Assembly: GCA_021107835.1 (NCBI GenBank) | Contig: JAIOSD010000020.1 | Coordinates: 1 to 40,792 of the forward strand | Length of the DNA: 40,792 nt | Source: an archaeon | Lineage (GTDB): Archaea; Nanobdellota; Nanobdellia; SCGC-AAA011-G17; PNOQ01 | Reading direction: 5' to 3' | Shown here: piece after piece, positions 27,896-35,453 of the stretch | Layout: every line of letters starts with the position of its first letter | Numbering within the stretch: the first letter of the stretch is position 1 | Notes under the pieces: model-generated | The model's input: only the letters and a program-made list of their open reading frames with translations | The model's database searches: none | Told to the model about the DNA's origin: nothing | Translations under genes and position numbers: made by a program

Positions 27896-28645
27896 ATGAT
27901 AGATCCTGTAGCAATAAATTTAGGAACAATACAAATAAGATGGTATGGAATTATCATGGCTTTAAGCTTTGTAATAGCTTATTTCATGATAATAAAATTA
28001 GCAAAACAAAGAAATATTCCAAAAGAAACAATAACAGACTATTTCTTATATTTCATTCCAGCATCAATAATAGGAGCGAGATTATTAGCAGTGATACTAA
28101 ACCACGAAAACTACTCCTCTTTTTACGATATAATTGCAGTATGGCAAGGTGGCATGGCCATACACGGAGGAATAATCGCAACAGTATTAGTAACATTATA
28201 CTTTTGTAAAAAAAGAAACTTACACTTTTATGACATTTCAGATATCTTAGTAATTCCAGTAGCTTTGGGATTAACATTAGGAAGAATTGGGAATTTTATA
28301 AATCAAGAATTTATTGGAAAACCAACTAATCTTCCCTGGGGAGTTTACTTTGATAATATAACAGAAAAAAGACACCCTTCACAAATATATGAATCCCTAA
28401 AAAACTTTTTAATCTTTTCCATAACAATAAAACTCTACGCTTTCAAAAAACTAAAACGTGGAACAATAACATGGGTTTTCTTATTATTATACTCTACTTT
28501 AAGATTCTTAATAGAATTTGTAAAAGAAATGCCAACTTGGTATGAATTAACTTACGGACAGATAGTTTCAATACCAATTATAATCTTATCAATCATTATG
28601 TTGTGGAGAATAGGGAAAAATAACACTGTTAACCATAACCTTTAA
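27896..28645 (+). CDS. lgt: Prolipoprotein diacylglyceryl transferase
   Basis: IRWYG, GARL, WQGGMAIHGG, GRIGNFINQE, RHPSQIYE and YSTLRFLIEF are all intact. Confidence 0.95.
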   Translation: MIDPVAINLGTIQIRWYGIIMALSFVIAYFMIIKLAKQRNIPKETITDYFLYFIPASIIGARLLAVILNHENYSSFYDIIAVWQGGMAIHGGIIATVLVTLYFCKKRNLHFYDISDILVIPVALGLTLGRIGNFINQEFIGKPTNLPWGVYFDNITEKRHPSQIYESLKNFLIFSITIKLYAFKKLKRGTITWVFLLLYSTLRFLIEFVKEMPTWYELTYGQIVSIPIIILSIIMLWRIGKNNTVNHNL

Positions 28646-28709
28646 ATAACATTCAGAAACTAATCATAAGCTAGAATAATAATCTTATAAAATATACGGA
28701 GGGATAAAT

Positions 28710-29786
28710 TTGGAAGAAAATAATAACTTTGGAGATTTTCCAAAACCAGAAGACAAGAAAATTGGAGAAACTCCAAAAATAAACAAAAAAACAAATAGCT
28801 GGAAAATAGCTACTTTTGTATTTGGTATTCTATTTGTTGTAAGCATTTTAACAGGATCTAGCTTATCAGCCTTATCTATTTCAGGTAATACAGTAGCTAT
28901 AGAAGCAGTAGATTTCATAAATACAAATTTACTAGTAGGAAGTCCAGAAAAAGCAACATTAGAAGACTCTGAAAAAGCAAGCGGTGTTAAAGCAACTATT
29001 TCAATTGCAGGACAACAAACCCCAATATTCATAACTAACGATGGGGAAATGATGTATTTGAATGCAATTCCATTAACACAACAAATAATAACAGAACCAC
29101 AAGAATCACCAGAACCACAAGAACAACCAGTAGTAGAAGTTTCAACAAAATCAGACAAACCTACTGTTGAATTATTTATTATGAGTCACTGTCCGTATGG
29201 TACACAAGCAGAAAAAGGAATTTTACCAGTAATTGAAACATTAAGTAACAAAATAGATTTTGATCTTAAGTTTGTATATTACGCAATGCATGGTGAAAAA
29301 GAAGTAAATGAACAAGCAAACCAATATTGTATACAAAAAGAACAAAAAGATAAATTACTAGATTATCTATATTGTTTCTTAGGATCTCAATCAGGTTCAG
29401 AAACTGAAGCAACAAATTGTAGGGCTGAAGTGGGAATCAACGAAGAGATGTTAACTACATGTATTGAATCAGCAAACACCGAATTTGACCTTGATGCAAA
29501 CTTAAAAGATGAATCATCTTGGTTAAGTGGACAATTCCCATTGTTTAATATAGATAAAGAAGACAATGAGAAATATAGTGTAAGAGGTTCACCAACATTA
29601 GTTGTTAATGGAGAAACTGTAAATTCTGGAAGAGATTCGATAAGTTTACTTAAAGCAATTTGTAGCGCATTTAATGTAGCTCCAGAAGAATGTAACACTA
29701 AATTTGAAGTTGGTTCACCAACACCTGGATTTGGATTTGAAAAAACTACACAAGCAAATGCTGCAACTGCCGGTTGTGGTATTTAA
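28710..29786 (+). CDS. Membrane-anchored thioredoxin-fold (DsbA-like) protein with CPYG active-site variant
   Basis: GGAGG SD plus TTG start; N-terminal TM; VELFIMSHCPYG; VRGSPTLVVNG cis-Pro loop. Confidence 0.8.
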   Translation: MEENNNFGDFPKPEDKKIGETPKINKKTNSWKIATFVFGILFVVSILTGSSLSALSISGNTVAIEAVDFINTNLLVGSPEKATLEDSEKASGVKATISIAGQQTPIFITNDGEMMYLNAIPLTQQIITEPQESPEPQEQPVVEVSTKSDKPTVELFIMSHCPYGTQAEKGILPVIETLSNKIDFDLKFVYYAMHGEKEVNEQANQYCIQKEQKDKLLDYLYCFLGSQSGSETEATNCRAEVGINEEMLTTCIESANTEFDLDANLKDESSWLSGQFPLFNIDKEDNEKYSVRGSPTLVVNGETVNSGRDSISLLKAICSAFNVAPEECNTKFEVGSPTPGFGFEKTTQANAATAGCGI

Positions 29787-29805
29787 TTTCTTTTTTTCTT
29801 TTTTT
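29787..29805 (+). terminator. Oligo-T archaeal terminator
   Basis: TTTCTTTTTTTCTTTTTTT immediately after the stop codon. Confidence 0.65.
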
Positions 29806-30143
29806 CAAGAAATAGATTGAATTAATTCCTTTCTTTCTTCAACTAAAGAATTCTCTTTAACCAAGATCCAATCAAGTTTTATAAGATTCTTAATAAAAGA
29901 ATTCTCAATATTAAGTTTATAATAATCAGACTTTCCTATCTTTCTAGTTTTAACTAACACTTTAGATTTAACAAATTCAGGGAAAAATATTTTTAAAGAA
30001 TTATAACTAACATTACTTTCCCTTGCTATCTCAGTCATAGGAAAATCAAACATATAATTATCTATTAAAAAATCCAATACCCTTAACTGAGGAGTATCTC
30101 CAAATTGTTTCAAAAACAAACTTTTATTTTCTTTTATTTTCAT
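29805..30143 (-). CDS. Winged helix-turn-helix protein
   Basis: FGDTPQLRVLDFL...MTEIARESNVSYNSL...VKTRKIGKSDYYKLN pattern. Confidence 0.85.
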   Translation of the reverse strand: MKIKENKSLFLKQFGDTPQLRVLDFLIDNYMFDFPMTEIARESNVSYNSLKIFFPEFVKSKVLVKTRKIGKSDYYKLNIENSFIKNLIKLDWILVKENSLVEERKELIQSIS

Positions 30144-30162
30144 TTTCTTGTGTGTGCGAATT

Positions 30163-30184
30163 AAGTATAGTCCAAGTATAGTCC
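30163..30184. repeat. Perfect 11-bp tandem repeat (AAGTATAGTCC x2) abutting a TATA box
   Basis: Seen directly at 30163-30173 and 30174-30184, followed by TTTATAAATA. Confidence 0.85.
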
Positions 30185-30261
30185 TTTATAAATATTTCTA
30201 TTTTAGTGCGATATATTTCAATAATAGAAACATTTAAAAATCGTAATTATAATTAAATTTT

Positions 30262-30522
30262 ATGTTATTAGACTTAGAAAAAGCTCAAATTATGCGTAAA
30301 CTTGCAAGAAAGGGGAATTGGAAGGCATCATACGATAGATTAGAACATTTTAAAAGATTCCAAAGTTTAGATAAAAGTATAAAAGAACTTTCAAAAATAG
30401 GATGGATTATCATCCACAAAAAAGACAGGTACACCGCAATATCTTTAAACCCAGAACATAAAAAAAAGATTATAGAGTATATTGAAAAAAAAATTCCTCA
30501 CTTAAAAGGAATTATTGAATAG
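30262..30522 (+). CDS. Small basic hypothetical protein (possible wHTH fold)
   Basis: 86 aa with its own BRE/TATA; IKELSKIGWIIIHKK..YTAISLNP resembles helix plus wing. Confidence 0.7.
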   Translation: MLLDLEKAQIMRKLARKGNWKASYDRLEHFKRFQSLDKSIKELSKIGWIIIHKKDRYTAISLNPEHKKKIIEYIEKKIPHLKGIIE

Positions 30523-31239
30523 TTATTTCTTTTCAGCTATTTTCCACATTAAATTAAATTGTTTATAGAACCCATCAGATAATTCTTTACTTTTAATTAA
30601 TATTATTGTTAAAGGCTCCCAAATCATTATGGCAACATACTCTCCAAAAGCCATCCAAGGGGTTGCAGAAAAAAACTTTTTATCAAGAAATCTATATTCC
30701 ATATGTTTCTCAGGATAAACAAACTCAACATCTTTAAAAGTAATCAACTTTTCTTTCATTCCTAGTTTTTGTTCTTGTTTAAAATAATGTTTGATATCAA
30801 TAGGAAAATTTTTCTTAAATAAAGTTTCATCAATTCCATAAGCGTGTATATTTTTTCTTACTCTTAAAGCCAAATTTAACAAAGTTTTAAATCCCCCCTT
30901 TCCACGAAGAACTTCTATCTTAATTTCTTCTTTATGTTGTTCACTTAGATTTATTAGTTCTGGGAGAATTTCCTTGAGTCCAATTTCTTTTTCCTTAATA
31001 AAATCCATTAATTTAGACGGATGCATAGCAGAATAGAATTTAACATTATTTTCAACAGAATAACTAACTAATCCTTTATTTATTAATTTCTCAATAAAAT
31101 CATAAATTGTAGTTCTATGTAGTCCAGATTCTTCTTTTATTTTACTTACCTTAGAACTACCCAATTTTAACAGGGCCAAATATACTTTAGTCTCTCCATC
31201 AGATAATCCCAAATTTTCCAAAATAGCTTTAGTTTCCAT
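30523..31239 (-). CDS. TrmB family transcriptional regulator
   Basis: LENLGLSDGETKVYLALLKLG..SGLHRTTIYDFIEKLINKGLV, with C-terminal F..MWK; start corrected to ATG 31239. Confidence 0.92.
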   Translation of the reverse strand: METKAILENLGLSDGETKVYLALLKLGSSKVSKIKEESGLHRTTIYDFIEKLINKGLVSYSVENNVKFYSAMHPSKLMDFIKEKEIGLKEILPELINLSEQHKEEIKIEVLRGKGGFKTLLNLALRVRKNIHAYGIDETLFKKNFPIDIKHYFKQEQKLGMKEKLITFKDVEFVYPEKHMEYRFLDKKFFSATPWMAFGEYVAIMIWEPLTIILIKSKELSDGFYKQFNLMWKIAEKK

Positions 31240-31260
31240 AACAATTTTTAGCATCACTAG

Positions 31261-31305
31261 TATATAAATGTTGTTGTCGGAAAAACGACAGCATAGCTTT
31301 ATATA
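31261..31305. promoter_or_regulatory. Back-to-back TATA boxes enclosing a palindromic operator
   Basis: TATATAAA (31261-31268), TGTTGTCG-N6-CGACAGCA (31272-31293), TTTATATA (31298-31305). Confidence 0.7.
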
Positions 31306-31355
31306 CATATGGATTACTATTTCTAAGTAACAAAACAAAAAGGAGGAAAACTAAA

Positions 31356-31760
31356 ATGACAAATTTAATGCAAAAAATAAGAAATTTATCAACTAACGCC
31401 AAGGTTAGAATTGTGGGATTAGCCACCATAGGGTTAGGTATGTACGGCTTAAATAGTTTGGGGGATCAAAGTGCCGCGGAAAGACATCAAGAACATCAAG
31501 CAAGATTAAAAGCCCACAACGAACAAGTGATCGCTTATGCAGATTCAATGGTTTCTATAGATCAGGCCATAGAAGGTTCTCACACTAATCGAGATGGTGA
31601 AGAGCATAGGACGTGGTATATTGATACAGATAGTAATGGATTTGCTGATCAATATACCTCCACAATTATGGATGCACACCAAATAGATGATATTCGGGTG
31701 GCTCCAGGAGATGATTCTTATCAGATGGACGATCTTAGGGAAGAACTCGGTCAAGAATAG
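31356..31760 (+). CDS. Secreted or membrane-anchored acidic protein with DxDxNG motif
   Basis: Strong AGGAGG SD; N-terminal hydrophobic segment; YIDTDSNGFAD. Confidence 0.75.
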   Translation: MTNLMQKIRNLSTNAKVRIVGLATIGLGMYGLNSLGDQSAAERHQEHQARLKAHNEQVIAYADSMVSIDQAIEGSHTNRDGEEHRTWYIDTDSNGFADQYTSTIMDAHQIDDIRVAPGDDSYQMDDLREELGQE

Positions 31761-31771
31761 GAGTTAATGAA

Positions 31772-32308
31772 ATGACAAGATTAGATTCAAAATTAATTCA
31801 ATTAAGGGAAAGGGAAAGGGAATTAAATGAAACGATACAACAGTCTCAAAATGAACTAGAAGATTTGTATAAAGGAAAAAACTCAGAAAGATATTTAGTG
31901 GTTTCTATGATAGAAAAATACGCTAAGGAGAACCTCATTCCAATTGGGGACCAATATAAATGTGCGGATGGGATAGATGGGGGATGTATGCGACAATTTT
32001 TTTATGATACTTCTAAAAAGGAAGGATTGGACATTAAGGGGGTTCATATTGGTGGATTAGAGTTACATAAGACCATTAATCCCTTGGAATTTGAGAGATA
32101 TGTTGAATTAAGAAGAAGATCAAATAAAGCCTCAAGGATAGCTAATTACGCTGCATGTTCTGTTGTCGGTTTCCCCCTTATACTTCCTGCACTTATATTT
32201 GCTACCTATATGGGGAATAAAGCAAATAAAATATGTAGTTCCCTTGACTCTTTAACAGGCATGGATGTAGTATCTCACATATCAGAAAAAATCGGGGAAA
32301 CATCCTAA
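31772..32308 (+). CDS. Hypothetical protein with N-terminal coiled coil and C-terminal TM
   Basis: GGAG SD, 11 bp after the upstream gene; followed by a T-tract. Confidence 0.75.
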   Translation: MTRLDSKLIQLRERERELNETIQQSQNELEDLYKGKNSERYLVVSMIEKYAKENLIPIGDQYKCADGIDGGCMRQFFYDTSKKEGLDIKGVHIGGLELHKTINPLEFERYVELRRRSNKASRIANYAACSVVGFPLILPALIFATYMGNKANKICSSLDSLTGMDVVSHISEKIGETS

Positions 32309-32309
32309 C

Positions 32310-32330
32310 TTTTTCTTTTTTTCTTTTTTT
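32310..32330 (+). terminator. Oligo-T terminator
   Basis: TTTTTCTTTTTTTCTTTTTTT after the stop at 32308. Confidence 0.65.
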
Positions 32331-32371
32331 AGTTAATTTTATAAATAACCTTAAGTCTTAATTTTAAATAT

Positions 32372-32496
32372 CCCGTCGTAGCTTAACCTGGTAAAGCACG
32401 TGGCTGTAGTTACTATTCGACTGTGTCGTAAAGACTAAGAATGAAAAATAGTCAGCCGAACCCGCGGTATTCCCGGTTCGAATCCGGGCGACGGGA
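32372..32496 (+). tRNA. tRNA-Tyr(GTA) with about 51-nt anticodon-loop intron (approx. 32410-32460)
   Basis: Acceptor CCCGTCG/CGACGGG with C1-G72 and A73 (archaeal Tyr identity); D arm GCTT/AAGC; anticodon stem CGTGG/CCGCG with GTA at 32406-32408; T arm CCCGG-TTCGAAT-CCGGG. Confidence 0.92.
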
Positions 32497-32544
32497 TATT
32501 TTTTCTTCAAAAGATTTATAAATAACCTAAAAATCCAAAAATAT

Positions 32545-33297
32545 ATGTCATTAGACCACCTCATATGCAAAATAAGAGACTCACGAAGAGTATCCCCACC
32601 AAAATTTGATCCAAATAATTTTATTCACAAAAGACACAGTATAGTTCCAGGATCAAATAAAGTCTACATTATTTTTCCAGGATGGAGATCTGGACTTAAA
32701 CATTCCCAAATATTAAGAAACACCCTCACTAAAAGGGGGCAATCTTGTTTAGAATATGAATTTCATCCAGATATCTTAACTTCAGATCCTCAACAAACAT
32801 TAGACTGTTTCGAACAAATAAAAAAAGATGGATTACAAGAAATAGAAAATCTTAAACAAATATACAACTTTAAAAATATCCAAGTTATAGGCATGAGCCT
32901 GGGGGGGATGCATGCTTACATGGTTTCTAATCACAATCCAAATATCGATAAATTAACTCTTGTATGCACAGGGTATTCTCTAGCAGAATCTCTTTGGGAT
33001 GGAATCGCAACACAACATCTAAGAAAAAATATGGAAAAACAAGGGATAACCCTAGACCAATTAGAAACCCTTTGGGGAAAAATCCACCCTTACAATAACA
33101 TAGATGGATTAACAGGCAAAAAGATACAAGTATTCCTATCAAAGGCAGATAAATTAATAAGATATTCTGGGGGCAAAAAGATAGTAAATGCAATGAAAGA
33201 ATTAGGATTAGATCCACAAGTTGAAGAAAACAGATTTTTAGGTCATTACATAACAATTTGGATGAAATATAATTCGCCTGGAAAAATAATTTCTTAA
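32545..33297 (+). CDS. Alpha/beta hydrolase fold protein
   Basis: IIFPGW oxyanion loop, GMSLGG nucleophile elbow, D (ADKLI) and H (LGH) candidates. Confidence 0.85.
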   Translation: MSLDHLICKIRDSRRVSPPKFDPNNFIHKRHSIVPGSNKVYIIFPGWRSGLKHSQILRNTLTKRGQSCLEYEFHPDILTSDPQQTLDCFEQIKKDGLQEIENLKQIYNFKNIQVIGMSLGGMHAYMVSNHNPNIDKLTLVCTGYSLAESLWDGIATQHLRKNMEKQGITLDQLETLWGKIHPYNNIDGLTGKKIQVFLSKADKLIRYSGGKKIVNAMKELGLDPQVEENRFLGHYITIWMKYNSPGKIIS

Positions 33298-33543
33298 TTA
33301 TTAATTTATATATTTAAATAAACATAATTTCAAAAACATTTAATTTGTTACAAACCTACAAACTCGATTCTCTATAAGCTAAATAAACTATACCCTTTAT
33401 AAACTCCCCCTCGAAAAACAAAAGCTTTATAAATCATATCGTTCCGCTAAACTCCCATATAAGTAACAACTCTCTCTAAAGATGGCTATCCGAAAATAAA
33501 TTACACATTGTTTTGATAAAAATCTAAAGAGGACTATGCTAAT

Positions 33544-33617
33544 GCCCGGATGGTGTAGTTCGGTTAGCATAAGGCCCTGTCGCGGCCTTGACCCGGGTTC
33601 AAATCCCGGTTCGGGCG
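33544..33617 (+). tRNA. tRNA-Asp(GTC)
   Basis: GCCCGGA/TTCGGGC acceptor, AGGCC-CTGTCGC-GGCCT anticodon arm, CCGGG-TTCAAAT-CCCGG T arm, G73. Confidence 0.96.
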
Positions 33618-33620
33618 TTC

Positions 33621-33711
33621 GGACCGGTAGCTCAGCTTGGTAGAGCACTTGGCTTTTAACCAAGGGGTCGCGGGTTCAAAACACGAAAGTGTGAAAGTCC
33701 CGTCCGGTCCA
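33621..33711 (+). tRNA. tRNA-Lys(TTT) with 17-nt intron in the T loop (33681-33697, position 59/60)
   Basis: GGACCGG/CCGGTCC acceptor, CTTGG-CTTTTAA-CCAAG anticodon arm; T stem GCGGG/CCCGT encloses 24 nt that fold as a perfect BHB. Confidence 0.93.
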
Positions 33712-33729
33712 CTTATATTCAGGAAAAAA

Positions 33730-33972
33730 ATGGCAGAAGAATTCGACATCAAAAAACACTCCTTTGTTCCAGTACACATAAAGCTTACAGAAGAAGAAGC
33801 TCAAAAAGTTCTTGAAGAATTTAATGTAACAAAAGATGAAATACCAAAAATTCTAATTTCAGATCCAGCAATTGAAAATTTAAAACCAGATTATGGAGAC
33901 TTAATAAAAATTATAAGAAAAAGTCCAACAAACACAGAATCAACATTTTTTAGGGTGGTAGTTAATGGTTAA
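33730..33972 (+). CDS. rpoH: RNA polymerase subunit H (Rpo5)
   Basis: KHSFVPVH, IPKILISDP, GDLIKIIRKSPT; true start ATG 33730 (the tracked extension overlaps tRNA-Lys). Confidence 0.96.
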   Translation: MAEEFDIKKHSFVPVHIKLTEEEAQKVLEEFNVTKDEIPKILISDPAIENLKPDYGDLIKIIRKSPTNTESTFFRVVVNG

Positions 33973-35452
33973 AGGATACAAAAAAATAATTGAAAATTAT
34001 TTCAAAGAGCATTCTTTTGTAGAATCAAATATAAAATCTTTTAATAGATTTGCAGAAAAAGATATTCAAAAAATAGTTGATATGGTAGGAGAAGTAGTAC
34101 CAACTATTATTCCTCAAGAAGTTGAAAACTTTAAAATAAAACTTTCAAATATAAAACTTGGAACCCCTATGATAACAGAAGCTGATGGTTCCAAAAGAAA
34201 ATTATACCCAATGGAAGCAAGATTAAGAAAACTCACCTATTCTGCTCCACTAACTTTAACAGTAAGCGCACACATCAATAATATTCAAAGAGAATCTTTC
34301 ACCACAGAAGTAGGTAAACTACCAATAATGTTAAAATCTAAGTTTTGCCATCTTAACGGCTTAAGTAAAGAAGATTTAATAAAACACGGAGAAGATTCAA
34401 ATGACTTAGGTGGATACTTTATATTAAATGGAAACGAAAGGGTTTTAATTGCTGTAGAAGATTTAGCATCAAACAAACTTTTCATAAAAAAGGCAGCAAC
34501 AGGACCAAGCAAATATGTAGCAAAACTTTATTCTGAACACACCAACTATAGAATACCTCATACAATAGAACAAATGAAAGATGGGGTAATATACATAAGC
34601 TTCGCAAGATTCAAAAGAGTTCCAATAATCGCAGTAATCAAAGCACTTGGACTAACAAAAGATCAAGAAATAATGGAATTAATCTCATCAGAAAAAGTTT
34701 ATGATGATATTATATTAAACTTATACGAAAGTATTAATCTAAAAACACAAGAAGATGCCTTAGAATCCCTAGCAAAAAAAGCAGGGATACTTCAAAAAGA
34801 ATTAAGAGATGAAAAAACAATTGAACAAATGAATAGATACTTACTTCCACACTTAGGAATGTCTTCTAAAGACAGAATATGCAAAGCGCAAAACCTATGT
34901 AAATTAATTAAAAGATTTTTAATGGTAGCTACAGACAAAGTAGAACCAATAGATCAAGATCATTATGTAAACAAAAGATTAAAATTAAGTGGAGACCTTT
35001 TATATGACTTATTCAGAGTCAATATGAGATCTTTAGTTCAAGATATGTTATATAATTTCCAAAGATTAGTAAAGAGAGGAAAATTTTCATCAATTAGAAT
35101 AATCATAAGAGAACAATTATTATCTTCAAGAATTAAAAGTGCAATGGCAACTGGAAGTTGGCCAGGTGGAAGAACTGGTATTTCACAAAACATTTCAAGA
35201 GTCAACGCTATAGACGCAACTTCTCATTTACAAAGAGTCGTTAGTTTATTAACAGCATCTCAAGAAAATTTCCAAGCAAGGGCACTACACAGCACCCACT
35301 GGGGTAGACTATGTCCTGTAGAAACTCCAGAAGGTACCCCAATTGGTCTAAGAAAAAACTTATCATTATTAGCAAATGTAACTGACACCGCACCTAGCGA
35401 TGAAAAAATTATGAAATTACTAGAATCCAATGGATTAAAAAAAATAGATTAA
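33965..35452 (+). CDS. rpoB2: RNA polymerase subunit B'' (Rpo2N)
   Basis: PMEARLRKLTYSAP, GGYFILNGNER, NKRLKLSGDL, LHSTHWGRLCPVETPEG. Confidence 0.97.
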   Translation: MVKGYKKIIENYFKEHSFVESNIKSFNRFAEKDIQKIVDMVGEVVPTIIPQEVENFKIKLSNIKLGTPMITEADGSKRKLYPMEARLRKLTYSAPLTLTVSAHINNIQRESFTTEVGKLPIMLKSKFCHLNGLSKEDLIKHGEDSNDLGGYFILNGNERVLIAVEDLASNKLFIKKAATGPSKYVAKLYSEHTNYRIPHTIEQMKDGVIYISFARFKRVPIIAVIKALGLTKDQEIMELISSEKVYDDIILNLYESINLKTQEDALESLAKKAGILQKELRDEKTIEQMNRYLLPHLGMSSKDRICKAQNLCKLIKRFLMVATDKVEPIDQDHYVNKRLKLSGDLLYDLFRVNMRSLVQDMLYNFQRLVKRGKFSSIRIIIREQLLSSRIKSAMATGSWPGGRTGISQNISRVNAIDATSHLQRVVSLLTASQENFQARALHSTHWGRLCPVETPEGTPIGLRKNLSLLANVTDTAPSDEKIMKLLESNGLKKID

Positions 35453-35453
35453 A

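Noticed and set aside
33440..33543. About 90-nt leader before tRNA-Asp with TCTAAAGA repeated, considered as an ncRNA
   Set aside because: AT-rich, only weak pairing, and no C/D box, SRP, 5S or RNase P features I can support.
32364..33779. ORFs overlapping the tRNAs (32364-32570, 33427-33663, 33564-33779) and the 33637 extension of rpoH
   Set aside because: Artefacts of GC-rich tRNA sequence; the cloverleaf structures explain the region.
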